Source: Candidatus Latescibacterota bacterium (GTDB lineage Bacteria; Latescibacterota; UBA2968). Taken from it: DNA of 64,000 bases. The stretch spans positions 2,880,001 through 2,944,000 of the forward strand of contig OZ241986.1 of NCBI GenBank assembly GCA_965204375.1, read 5' to 3'. A program made the translations under genes and the position numbers. Shown here in pieces: positions 20,046 to 30,064 of the stretch (positions within the stretch are counted from its first letter, which is position 1; every line of letters starts with the position of its first letter). Below the pieces are notes generated by a model, which searched no databases, was not told where the DNA came from, and saw only the letters and a list, made by a program, of their open reading frames with translations.

Positions 20046-21216
20046 CAGACGCCAACTTTTCCGCGCACATTCGGATGCGCGCCAGAGCCTTTTCGATATT
20101 TTCTACAGAATTCGCGTAAGAAAACCGCAAATAATCCTCGCCGTATTCCCCAAAACCCGACCCCGCCAGACACGCTACGTGTCCCTCATTCAAAATCACA
20201 TCCGCGACTTCCGCAGACGACTTGCCCAATCCCATAATATTTGGAAATGCGTAAAAAGCGCCCTCGGGCATCGGGCATGTAATCCCATCAATCGCATTCA
20301 ACCCCTCTACAATAATCGCACGCCGTTTGCGAAACGCAGCCATCATGTCCTCAACTGCATCCTGCGGACCCTTCAATGCAGCCACAGCCGCCATTTGCGT
20401 AAACGCAGCCGTACACGAATTGCTATTGACCATCAACCGATCAAAATGCGGCACGAGATCCATCGGCATCACACCATAGCCAATGCGCCAGCCCGTCATC
20501 GCATACGTCTTGGAAAACCCATCGAGAATAATCAACAAATCGGCCATACCCTCACACGCCGAAATACTGTAAAACGCATCGCCATAGACCATCCGGGAAT
20601 AAATCTCATCGGACAACACGGGAATCTGATGCTCGACCGCCACCTCGGCAATCGCCTTCAAATCACCTTCTGGAATCACACCTCCCGTGGGATTTTGAGG
20701 TGAATTTAGAATAATCAGCTTTGTGCGTTCCGTCACCAGATCGCGCAATTGATCCGCATTCAGGCTAAACCCGCGATCCTCCGTCAAAGGCACAGGCACG
20801 GGCTTAGCACCCGCAAAGCGAATCACCGACTCGTAAATCGGAAAACCCGGATTCGGATAAATCACCTCATCACCATGCTCTGCCAATGCGAGAATGGAAT
20901 AAAACATAATCGGCTTGGCACCTGGCGTCACCACCACCTGATCGGGATGCACGTCAATCTGTCGCGTAGTCGAAATCTCTTCGGCTATTGCCTCGCGCAA
21001 CTCGGGCAATCCCACGGGCGGACCGTAATGCGTAAACCCATCTGCCAGTGCTCTTTGCCCCGCCTCGACAATATGCGCGGGCGTATCAAAATCCGGTTCG
21101 CCAATTTCCAGATGCACCACATCGTGTCCCATAGCTTCCAGCGCACGCGCCTTTACCAGCACCTCAAAAGCAGACTCCGTACCCAACAGCGACATGCGAT
21201 CAGCAGTATTCATCAT
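20020..21216 (-). CDS. Class I PLP-dependent aminotransferase (aspartate aminotransferase-like)
   Basis: GEPDF, NSPQNPTG, SDEIY, GFSKTYAMTGWRIG. Confidence 0.92.
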   Translation of the reverse strand: MMNTADRMSLLGTESAFEVLVKARALEAMGHDVVHLEIGEPDFDTPAHIVEAGQRALADGFTHYGPPVGLPELREAIAEEISTTRQIDVHPDQVVVTPGAKPIMFYSILALAEHGDEVIYPNPGFPIYESVIRFAGAKPVPVPLTEDRGFSLNADQLRDLVTERTKLIILNSPQNPTGGVIPEGDLKAIAEVAVEHQIPVLSDEIYSRMVYGDAFYSISACEGMADLLIILDGFSKTYAMTGWRIGYGVMPMDLVPHFDRLMVNSNSCTAAFTQMAAVAALKGPQDAVEDMMAAFRKRRAIIVEGLNAIDGITCPMPEGAFYAFPNIMGLGKSSAEVADVILNEGHVACLAGSGFGEYGEDYLRFSYANSVENIEKALARIRMCAEKLASVKAGPGSV

Positions 21217-21222
21217 CTCACC

Positions 21223-21786
21223 TTACCGAATAACAATTGCGTGTGCAACTTCGGGACCGTGTACCCCCAGCGTCAGCCGCATTTCAATATCTGCGGTTCG
21301 GCTTGGTCCAGAAATAAAAGTCGCCGTTGCATTCTCGGGATGGTCCAGATAAAACTGGCGCAACGGCGCGGCGGCATCCCTCAAATTCTCCAGCAACGTA
21401 CTCGCCTTAAAAATACCGATATGTACGCGGGGCAACGTCGAAACAAGACGCACGGCATCATCCAGAGCAAACTCCACGAGACTTCCCGACTCTGCCACCG
21501 CAAAAACCGCCCAGGACACCCCCACCTCGGCAGCATCAATCGCGTGGGGCAATTCGGAACTGTCAAAGGGTGGCAGATGCACATCAATCCCCGCATCCAC
21601 ACACGCGCGTTCAATAGCATCGTCTAACCCATCGGGCAACTCGGCAAACACAACCCGCTTACAACCGACCTCCCTGAGCACACTGACCACAATGGGCGCA
21701 ACCGCATCAGCATTCTCAGCCACATGCGCGATACCGGACAAAGACGCGTACTTTTCGACAAAAGCATCAATCAACTCATCACTCAT
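21223..21786 (-). CDS. LutC/YkgG (LUD domain) protein
   Basis: AVAESGSLV, FISGPSRTADIE..L.LGVHGP. Confidence 0.88.
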   Translation of the reverse strand: MSDELIDAFVEKYASLSGIAHVAENADAVAPIVVSVLREVGCKRVVFAELPDGLDDAIERACVDAGIDVHLPPFDSSELPHAIDAAEVGVSWAVFAVAESGSLVEFALDDAVRLVSTLPRVHIGIFKASTLLENLRDAAAPLRQFYLDHPENATATFISGPSRTADIEMRLTLGVHGPEVAHAIVIR

Positions 21787-21873
21787 AATCCACCTATCAA
21801 TAGAAGTTTAAAAGACATTCAAATTAACGCGAAATACCTTTTGACGCAAGTACACATACGGAGTACTCCGCTA

Positions 21874-21906
21874 CTTTACCCTTTACCCTTTGCACTCTGC
21901 ACTTTA
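21874..21906 (+). repeat. Degenerate 7-mer tandem repeat in a divergent intergenic region
   Basis: CTTTACC CTTTACC CTTTGCA CTCTGCA CTTTA. Confidence 0.5.
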
Positions 21907-21954
21907 TCTTATCCCCATTCCGCACGCACTATCCATTGTACACTGGAAACTATC

Positions 21955-22938
21955 ATGCACTCTCCAATACGCATCGCACAAATCGGCCTCGGGCCACTCG
22001 GCCAGATGCTCACCCCATATCTGGCAAAACGATCAGGCATTGAAATCGTCAGTGCCGTTGATATTGACCCATCCAAAACAAATCGTGACCTGGGCGAAGT
22101 GAGCCAATGCGACCAACCCCTCGGCATAGCCATCACCGATGATCTCGACAAGGGCTTGACCGACGCAGACCTCGCCGTAGTAACAACCGTATCAGAACTC
22201 CAACGCATCGCCCCCACATTAAAAGCAATTATCGACCAGGGCGTCAACATCGTCTCAACCTGTGAAGAACTGTCTTATCCCTGGACAACACACCCCGAAT
22301 TATCCGCAACCATCGACACCTGGGCAAAAGAACGCGAAGTCTCAGTTCTCGGAACCGGCATCAACCCCGGTTTTCTCATGGACTTCTTGCCCACAGCGGC
22401 CACAGGCGTGTGTCACACCGTGCAATCCATTCGCATAGAACGCATCCAGGACGCCTCCGCGCGCCGTCTCCCCTTTCAGCAAAAAATAGGTGCTGGCCTC
22501 ACAGTTGAAGAATTCCAGAGCCTCGTCGCCCAACAAAAAATCCGCCACGTCGGCCTCACCGAATCCATGCACATGATCGCCGCGCGATTGGGATGGCAAC
22601 TCGACCACACCGAAGATATTATAGAACCCGTTCTCGCAGAACCGGGACATTGTGCAGGCGTACTACAAACGGGACGGGGATACCACAACGGAAGAGAAGT
22701 CCTCACCCTCATCTTCAAAGCCGCCGTGGGACAACTGATACACAATGGCGACTCAATCGAATCCCAGGAGCGCATCCAGATCAATGGCACGCCCGCTTAT
22801 GACCTCATCATACCCGGCGGCATCAACGGCGACATCGCCACCTGTGCGGTCATCGCCAATGCCATCCCAATAGTCGCTTCTGCCGCGCCCGGGCTGCGCA
22901 CCATGATCGACATCCCCCCACTCTCCTGCGCCCAATAA
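21955..22938 (+). CDS. 2,4-diaminopentanoate dehydrogenase / dihydrodipicolinate reductase-like NAD(P)-dependent oxidoreductase
   Basis: GLGPLG Rossmann motif, STCEEL.YPW, GTGINPGFLMD, GDIAT. Confidence 0.8.
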   Translation: MHSPIRIAQIGLGPLGQMLTPYLAKRSGIEIVSAVDIDPSKTNRDLGEVSQCDQPLGIAITDDLDKGLTDADLAVVTTVSELQRIAPTLKAIIDQGVNIVSTCEELSYPWTTHPELSATIDTWAKEREVSVLGTGINPGFLMDFLPTAATGVCHTVQSIRIERIQDASARRLPFQQKIGAGLTVEEFQSLVAQQKIRHVGLTESMHMIAARLGWQLDHTEDIIEPVLAEPGHCAGVLQTGRGYHNGREVLTLIFKAAVGQLIHNGDSIESQERIQINGTPAYDLIIPGGINGDIATCAVIANAIPIVASAAPGLRTMIDIPPLSCAQ

Positions 22939-22953
22939 ATCCCTGAGGGATAA

Positions 22954-24834
22954 ATGCCACCTCTTCTAAGCGATTTTGACCTGCACCTGCACAGCGAAGG
23001 CAATCACCATCACATCTACGACTGCCTCGGTGCACATCCCACAGAAAAAGGCGTGCATTTTGCCGTATGGGCACCCAACGCCCGGCGCGTAAGCGTGGTT
23101 GGCGACTTCAACGCCTGGAACGGATGCCAGCACCCCATGCAAAACAGGGGCAGCACGGGTGTATGGGAACTATTCATCCCCGACCTGACGCCGGGCACCA
23201 TCTACAAATACGAAATCAAAACCCAAAACGGCGATATCTTTACCAAAAGCGACCCCTATGCCTTCTGCATGGAACACCGTCCGCGCACAGCCTCTGTCGT
23301 GTACCAGCCCGACGACGCCCTGTGGTCCGATACTGACTGGCTACAAACCCGCCAGAAAAGAGACCCATACACAGAACCAATCGCCATATACGAAGTACAC
23401 CTCGGATCCTGGCGGCGCAACCCGGATGAAGACAACCGATCGCTCACCTATCGCGAACTCGCGCATGAACTCGTCGAATACGTCCTCGAAATGGGCTACA
23501 CCCACATCGAACTCCTCCCCATCATGGAACATCCCTTAGACGAATCCTGGGGATATCAGGTCACGAGCTATTACGCGCCAACCAGCCGATTTGGCACGCC
23601 AGATGATTTCAAATATCTCGTCAACCACTGCCACATCCACGGCATAGGCGTCATCCTCGATTGGGTACCCGCACACTTCCCAACAGACGCGCATGGACTC
23701 GCCCAATTCGACGGTTCGGCCCTGTACGAACACGCCGACCCGCGGCAAGGAACACACCCCGATTGGGGCACTCTAATTTTCAATTACGGACGCAATGAAG
23801 TGCGCAATTTCCTCATTGCCAATGCCCTCTTCTGGATCGAAAAATACCACATCGATGGCTTGCGCGTCGATGCGGTTGCCTCCATGCTCTACCTCGATTA
23901 CTCGCGCAAAGAAGGCAAATGGATCCCCAACCAGTATGGCGGCAGGGAAAATTTAGACGCCATCGCCTTTATGCACCAGCTCAACACCCTGATCCACGAA
24001 AAATTTCCGGGCGTCTTGATGATCGCCGAAGAATCGACCTCGTGGCCCGGCGTCTCCCGCCCCGTTTATCTGGGCGGCCTCGGCTTTGGATTCAAATGGA
24101 ACATGGGCTGGATGAACGACACCCTGTCCTACATCTCTAAAGAACCGATCCACCGCAAATACCATCACGACAACCTCACCTTTGGCCTCGTCTATGCCTT
24201 TCACGAAAACTTCATCCTCGTACTCTCCCACGACGAAGTCGTCCACGGCAAACGCGCCCTCATCGACAAAATGCCCGGTGACCGCTGGCAAAAATTCGCC
24301 AATCTGCGCGCCTTTTACGCTTTTCAATACGCCCATCCCGGCAAAAAATTGCTCTTTATGGGCGGAGAACTCGGCCAGTGGCAAGAATGGAACTCACAGG
24401 AAAGCATACACTGGCACCTGCTCTCAGAACCCGACCACGCGGGCCTGAAGCGCTTTACGAGAGACCTCAACACCCTCTATCGGGGAGAACCTGCACTCTA
24501 CGAACAGGACTTTGACCCCGAAGGCTTTGAATGGATCTCGCTTCACGACGCCTCAAACAGCGTCCTATCCTTCCTGCGCCGCGCGCGATCACACGATGCC
24601 CCTTTGATCTTTGCCTGCAACTTTACCCCCGTCCCAAGAGAAAACTACCGCATCGGCGTACCCACCCCAGGCACCTATCGCGAACTCATCAACAGCGACG
24701 CCAAACGCTATGGCGGCAGCAACATGGGCAATCTCGGCACCGTTCAAACCGAACCCCTCGCAAGCCACGGTCATCCGCAATCCCTACAAATCACCCTTCC
24801 CCCACTCGCTGCCGTCATGTTTAAGCCTGAGTAA
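22954..24834 (+). CDS. glgB: 1,4-alpha-glucan branching enzyme
   Basis: [46 protein letters not shown]. Confidence 0.96.
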   Translation: MPPLLSDFDLHLHSEGNHHHIYDCLGAHPTEKGVHFAVWAPNARRVSVVGDFNAWNGCQHPMQNRGSTGVWELFIPDLTPGTIYKYEIKTQNGDIFTKSDPYAFCMEHRPRTASVVYQPDDALWSDTDWLQTRQKRDPYTEPIAIYEVHLGSWRRNPDEDNRSLTYRELAHELVEYVLEMGYTHIELLPIMEHPLDESWGYQVTSYYAPTSRFGTPDDFKYLVNHCHIHGIGVILDWVPAHFPTDAHGLAQFDGSALYEHADPRQGTHPDWGTLIFNYGRNEVRNFLIANALFWIEKYHIDGLRVDAVASMLYLDYSRKEGKWIPNQYGGRENLDAIAFMHQLNTLIHEKFPGVLMIAEESTSWPGVSRPVYLGGLGFGFKWNMGWMNDTLSYISKEPIHRKYHHDNLTFGLVYAFHENFILVLSHDEVVHGKRALIDKMPGDRWQKFANLRAFYAFQYAHPGKKLLFMGGELGQWQEWNSQESIHWHLLSEPDHAGLKRFTRDLNTLYRGEPALYEQDFDPEGFEWISLHDASNSVLSFLRRARSHDAPLIFACNFTPVPRENYRIGVPTPGTYRELINSDAKRYGGSNMGNLGTVQTEPLASHGHPQSLQITLPPLAAVMFKPE

Positions 24835-24852
24835 ACGATATACATGTTCTCC

Positions 24853-24881
24853 TTGCACACTAAGCATAACGTTAGTAAAAT
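24853..24881 (+). promoter_or_regulatory. Sigma70-like promoter of the R-M genes
   Basis: TTGCAC-17 nt-TAAAAT. Confidence 0.5.
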
Positions 24882-25002
24882 ATCGACAGAGGAAACTATA
24901 TTGGGCTGATCTCTGTACTGTTTCAACCAATCTCTCCCCACAGTATCTCTTTCGTCATATAAAATTTTAATGTGGCTCCATACTCATAATTTGGGGGATA
25001 CA

Positions 25003-26055
25003 ATGTCCAGGGGTGCGAACTTTCAGATCGCAGATGTAATGCTATTTAACCAGGATGTTTTGGAATTATATGATAACTGGAAAACGCCAGATGTGATTGT
25101 TTCTGATGGAGGTTATGGCGTATCCGGCTTTAAGAAAGATGCCAAAGAGCCTTCAACACTAACAACCTGGTATCAACCACACATTCAAGCCTGGTCCCAA
25201 CATTCCAAGCCCGGTACGACACTCTGGTTTTGGAATACAGAAATCGGATGGGCTACTGTACATCCTCTGTTAGAACGCTCTGGATGGGACTATGTGTGCT
25301 GCAATATTTGGAATAAGGGCATACAGCATATAGCTGGAAACTGCAATCTTCCAGCTCTAAAAGGTTTTCCAATTGTCACAGAAGTCTGCGTACAATACGT
25401 CAGGCGTCCAGAATTTCAAGTTGACGACCAGATATTGACCTTGAAGAGGTGGTTGCGATTTGAATGGGAGAGAACCCAACTCCCTTTATACAAAACCAAT
25501 CAAGCATGTGGCGTGGCCAATGCTGCAACACGGAAGTATTTTACAAAAGATCATCTATGGTACGCACCACCCCCCGAACTTTTTGCAAAGCTGGTATCCT
25601 ATGCCAATCAACACGGTGAGGAAAGTGGTAAACCTTATTTTTCCGTGGATGGAAAAAAACCGCTTACCCAAAAAACATACGAACATTTTTTTGCGAAATT
25701 TAAAGGCAAATATGGTATAACCAATGTCTGGGAACACCCTCCGCTTCACAATAGTGAAAGAGTCAGATTGCCAGGATCGTCAAAATATGCCCATCTAAAT
25801 CAGAAGCCGCTAAAAATAATGAAAATGCTATTGGAAGTATCGTCTGAGCCTGGTAGCATTATTTGGGAGCCATTTGGAGGCCTATGTACTGCTGGATTGG
25901 CTTCATATCTTACCGAAAGACACGCTTACTGCGCCGAAATTGACAGTGAAATTTACCTGATTGCAGTTGATCGAATAAAGTCACATTCCGTACCACTCCT
26001 TGACATACCAGCAAAAAATAAGGCAAACAGAGGAGCCGTAGATGCCTATGCTTGA
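25003..26055 (+). CDS. Beta-class N4/N6 DNA methyltransferase with atypical motif IV (alternative start 24970)
   Basis: Motif IV VSDGGYG precedes HLNQKP and motif I WEPFGG...AEID; GGGGGA RBS before the ATG at 25003. Confidence 0.82.
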   Translation: MSRGANFQIADVMLFNQDVLELYDNWKTPDVIVSDGGYGVSGFKKDAKEPSTLTTWYQPHIQAWSQHSKPGTTLWFWNTEIGWATVHPLLERSGWDYVCCNIWNKGIQHIAGNCNLPALKGFPIVTEVCVQYVRRPEFQVDDQILTLKRWLRFEWERTQLPLYKTNQACGVANAATRKYFTKDHLWYAPPPELFAKLVSYANQHGEESGKPYFSVDGKKPLTQKTYEHFFAKFKGKYGITNVWEHPPLHNSERVRLPGSSKYAHLNQKPLKIMKMLLEVSSEPGSIIWEPFGGLCTAGLASYLTERHAYCAEIDSEIYLIAVDRIKSHSVPLLDIPAKNKANRGAVDAYA

Positions 26056-26983
26056 TGTTCCGATAAAAATTGACCCAGATCCCGAATGGCCCCACTTCAA
26101 GATGTGGGAGCGAATAGATGATATTATCTACTCAATTCCCGCTTACTTCGAAACAGAATTGCTCATAAAAGGAATCAATGTCACTGAAATATTTTCAGTG
26201 GGAGGCGCGTTTGCTTCAGTTGTCGAAAACCAGGTTGTAGATATACTCAATAGTTTGCGAAATATATGGGATCCAGAAAGCGAATATGCTGATTATGCAT
26301 TTGTCAGACAATCTCAGACTTTTCCCGATGTTTTGCTGAGAAGTCTTCGAGATGAAAATGAGATACTATTCGGTATTGAACTCAAATCCTGGTATGTGCT
26401 CAGCAAAGAAGGTGAACCGAGTTTCAGGTATCAGGTGACGCCTGACGCATGTGCCACTGCTGATTTCATTGTTATTATTCCCTGGCTATTGTCAGAAGTA
26501 ATTTCTGGTACACCCAAACTGCTGATTCCTTACAAAGAATCGGCAAGATTTGCGGCTGAGTACCGAAATTACTATTGGCAAAATTCACGCCAGGAGCGAG
26601 ATGAAAATCCCAACATCCAAACACCACCTGAAGAGTATAGACATCCTTATCCGAGCAGCAAACAAGAATCGTCTGATAAAGCCGCAGCCGATAAGGGTGG
26701 AAATTTCGGCAGAATTGCCAGAGCGGGGATTCTCGATACATTCGTAAACAAGATCAAAGCCCTTGATTATTTGGGAATAAAAATTATCCATTGGATTATG
26801 TTTTTCAAGACGATTTCAGAAACCAGTACAGACGAACAAATCGGCAGAAGACTGCAAACACTAAAAGCTCAAATTCAGACCGATATGAGTGAATCTGAAA
26901 AAGATAGAAGGAGCTTTGAGTATAAAGAGTCGTTCTCTGATTTAGTGCAACAACTCGAAGATCTATGGCAAAAATCTTCGTGA
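26042..26983 (+). CDS. Putative cognate Type II restriction endonuclease
   Basis: VENQV...FPDVLL...GIELKSW PD-(D/E)xK motif; overlaps the MTase stop; AGGAG RBS. Confidence 0.75.
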   Translation: MPMLDVPIKIDPDPEWPHFKMWERIDDIIYSIPAYFETELLIKGINVTEIFSVGGAFASVVENQVVDILNSLRNIWDPESEYADYAFVRQSQTFPDVLLRSLRDENEILFGIELKSWYVLSKEGEPSFRYQVTPDACATADFIVIIPWLLSEVISGTPKLLIPYKESARFAAEYRNYYWQNSRQERDENPNIQTPPEEYRHPYPSSKQESSDKAAADKGGNFGRIARAGILDTFVNKIKALDYLGIKIIHWIMFFKTISETSTDEQIGRRLQTLKAQIQTDMSESEKDRRSFEYKESFSDLVQQLEDLWQKSS

Positions 26984-27069
26984 AATGACCGCAGATTCAT
27001 CTGATCTTCTGGTAGCTCGCACCACATGTTCAACGCCACTGTCTGCGATCTGAGCACCCTCAAAAAGAT

Positions 27070-27200
27070 CAAACCCCAGATCATCCGCATCAATCTCCCC
27101 ATCACCGCACAAAATCACTACCCGTTCAACCGCATTCTTCTGCATACGGATATTACCCGGAAACACCTACCGCTGGATCAACTTCTCCGCCTCTCTGTCA
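27070..27200 (-). pseudogene. Remnant of a sigma54 enhancer-binding (NtrC-like) AAA+ gene
   Basis: DREAEKLIQR*VFPGNIRMQKNAVERVVILCGDGEIDADDL resembles YxWPGNVRELxNxVERAVIL; in-frame TAG at 27167-27169. Confidence 0.7.
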
Positions 27201-27305
27201 TTGGTATATGGCACAAAATACCACACATTGCCACTGCGTGAGCGATATGCAAAATCAGGCCTGATAAAGTTGATGGGGAGTGATTGGCAAAACAGGGAGA
27301 ATACA

Positions 27306-28001
27306 ATGTGTAAATTAAAGTCGTACCAGGTCGCCAAGCTCGTTCGGTGCCGGATCAATCTGAAAGATGCTAAACTTCACGAAGCGTATTATCCCGCCCA
27401 TTTGTCTATCGCTCTCATTGACGCCATCTTCAATCCGCAACTTCGTTATGAGAAACAGGTGGTTCCAATCATTAATAGATACTGTCGCTATTTCGGACTT
27501 TCTTGGACCAGAGCTGAAGAAGATCGAAGGAACCTGCCTTTGGTTGACGACCAAGAGACCTTAACGGATCTGATTGTTCATTACAAAAAATATGGCGTAG
27601 AGCGAATGATGAATTGTGTTTTTCAATCTCGATTTTGCTCACCCGGAACGAAAATTCGAAAGACAAAAAACGTCTATTGGGCTGCGCTTGCTCTCCAAAG
27701 AATCGGAATAGACAATCTTCAGGATGCGGCATCGGCCTGCCCTGAAGCAATCAAATGTGCGCTCCTGCCTCTGAAAGGGATCGGCAAACGGACGATCCAC
27801 ATGTTTCTGATGTATGTAGGTAACGACGATTTCGTAAAGGGAGATATACATGTCTGCAACTTCGTAAAAAAGGCTTTAGAGAAAAATGTTTCGCCGGAGG
27901 AAGCGGAGAGACTCGTCAGAAAAGCCGCACAGGATTTTTTCTCTGTTACGCCCAGGCTTTTGAGTTACAAGATTTGGGAATACGGCTCTCAGAAAATTTG
28001 A
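27306..28001 (+). CDS. Helix-hairpin-helix (HhH-GPD-like) DNA glycosylase-like protein
   Basis: LKGIGKRTIHMFLM HhH followed by KGDIHV with the catalytic-position Asp; N-terminal ALIDAIFN...RY; GGAG RBS before 27306. Confidence 0.7.
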   Translation: MCKLKSYQVAKLVRCRINLKDAKLHEAYYPAHLSIALIDAIFNPQLRYEKQVVPIINRYCRYFGLSWTRAEEDRRNLPLVDDQETLTDLIVHYKKYGVERMMNCVFQSRFCSPGTKIRKTKNVYWAALALQRIGIDNLQDAASACPEAIKCALLPLKGIGKRTIHMFLMYVGNDDFVKGDIHVCNFVKKALEKNVSPEEAERLVRKAAQDFFSVTPRLLSYKIWEYGSQKI

Positions 28002-28406
28002 ACCGTACTCGACAAAAGCTCCTCCCTGCATCCTAAGCAGGCTTCATCAATCTCAACAGACCCAAGAATTGGAGTTAGAGAAAGATCACCCCGGTAAGCG
28101 GTTGGCGACTGAGGTGCGCGTTTTAGAACGTCAGATGTTGACAGACGTATGACAGGGGCTATATTTTTCATGTGTCAGCAATGCTGGGCAAAGATTTTGT
28201 GTGAGAAAGGACAGCTTACGATTCTGGAACATCGTCAGAACACATACCTCGACTATGGAAAAGGCCCGAAACTGGCTTAGAGACCACGGCCAAATCCTCG
28301 AACAGAATATCTAATGAGAGCATTTAAATCTATAAGAAATCGGATATTGATCCTAATCGGGAATATATACTCACCGCACCAATCAACCTGAGACTTGAGG
28401 ATATAA

Positions 28407-29912
28407 ATGGCAAATCCAAAGGACATCGAACTTTTTTTTAAAGGTGTAGAGGCTTGGAATGAAGAGGTAGAAGCCCGGGACAGAGACGCGGACACTTTGG
28501 AAGAAAATCTGAAACTACAACGGAAGGGGAATTTCCAAATTGATCTAAGCGATGCAGAGATTGGCATTCTCATGTGGCGACGGATAAAGGAGCAGGACTT
28601 TAATTTTTTAGAACAAGCGACACATTACCCGAGGGCCAAGTTCATATTTTGCGATCTGCGTCATGCAGATTTTCAAATTATTTGTGGGTTCGACTTCCGA
28701 GCAGCAACATTCACATTCACAAATCTTCAAAGGGCAAATCTTACGCATGCCGATTTGACGCAGGCAAGCTTCATTGACTGTGATTTAGAGAACGCTGTTC
28801 TCGCGGGTGCCACTCTCGATGATGTATACTTCGAGGAAGCCAACCTGATAGGAACCGATCTAACGGCAACACGTCCTTGGCGTGCAGACCTATTCGAATC
28901 ACAGGAACAGATACCGGGCCCTGGAGCACCGAATGCGACATCTATCAGTTGTGTTGCCGACTTGATCGAGATTTGCTTGGATTTGCGCAAATGCAGCAAC
29001 TACGACAGAGACGCATTCAGGTTTTACTACCGCGGAGAACCGAAGCGATGGAAATTACGGCCGTCCGTAATGCGGCGGCGCAGCCATCGAGAAAAAGAAG
29101 GGCGGATGTTGCTTGATATGATGACACGGCGCCCGGAGGACTTCGCCAGCATGACGACAACGCTTTCCCAGTGGGTGCTTGCACAACATCATAGGCTTAA
29201 GACCCGGCTCCTTGACATTACCAAAAACCCTTTGGTGGCACTATTTTACGCTTGCGTAGGTGACGACTTCGATCAGGAAGAAGGACGCCTCCATGTATTC
29301 GCCGTTCCGCATGAACAGGTTAAATCATATGACAGTGACGCCATCAGCATTATCACCAACTTCGCAAAACTCTCACGCTCAGAGCAAAATTTATTGCTTG
29401 GCAAGAGACGCGGTGTTGAGTGGCATAAACATAAATATGCGGATGTGATGGGCAAGCTCTATCATTTCATTGGGCAGGAGAAACCGCATTTTCAACGTCG
29501 CATTGATCCTAAAGACTTCTTTCGTGTCTTCGTCGTTGACCCTCAGCAGTCAATCGAACGATTGCGTGCATAATCTGGTGCATTTCTGATTTCAGCGTTT
29601 CACGAGCGTTTTGAGAGCGATCGGATTCTACGATGGAACGAATACATCCCGACCTATAAACATTACACCTTGACAATTCCGCCCGATTGTAAGTGTCGCA
29701 TCCTGAAGGAACTGAGTCTCCTAAACATTACTTACGAGACATTATTTCCCAGTCTCGATGAAACGGCAAGGGCAATCACAAATGAGTATAAATCGTCAGT
29801 ATCAAATCGAAATGATACTGAGTACAGACGAGCCAACGGCATATGGCAGTCTGCACATGGCTATCTTCCTTTAAAGAGGTCTGATATACCTCCAGATAAG
29901 CGCAGGGAGTGA
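28407..29912 (+). pseudogene. Pentapeptide-repeat plus FRG-domain protein interrupted by one in-frame TAA (29571-29573)
   Basis: AxL pentapeptides; YRGE...LRPS, QHH.LKTRLLDITKNPLVALFYA; ERLRA*SGAFL continues in frame to ITYETLFPSLD. Confidence 0.82.
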
Positions 29913-30064
29913 CCAGACCTGATGATAGTGAACCGATTCACGCCAGACGCTATTTTCCTGCAATTGATAGATACCGCCGTCTGCCGGAGTTCCTCATTCG
30001 ATTGGTAATGTTCAGAATAGACACCACCGAGTTCTACCTCTAAACTCATCTACACCAAAAATTT

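Noticed and set aside
29571-29573. Stop-codon recoding or alternative genetic code
   Set aside because: TAA ends many normal genes in this window, and Sec/Pyl use TGA/TAG. This is an isolated nonsense change.
29861-30049. 62-aa minus-strand ORF after the ABC permease
   Set aside because: It has no recognisable motif and overlaps the FRG gene end, so it cannot be supported.
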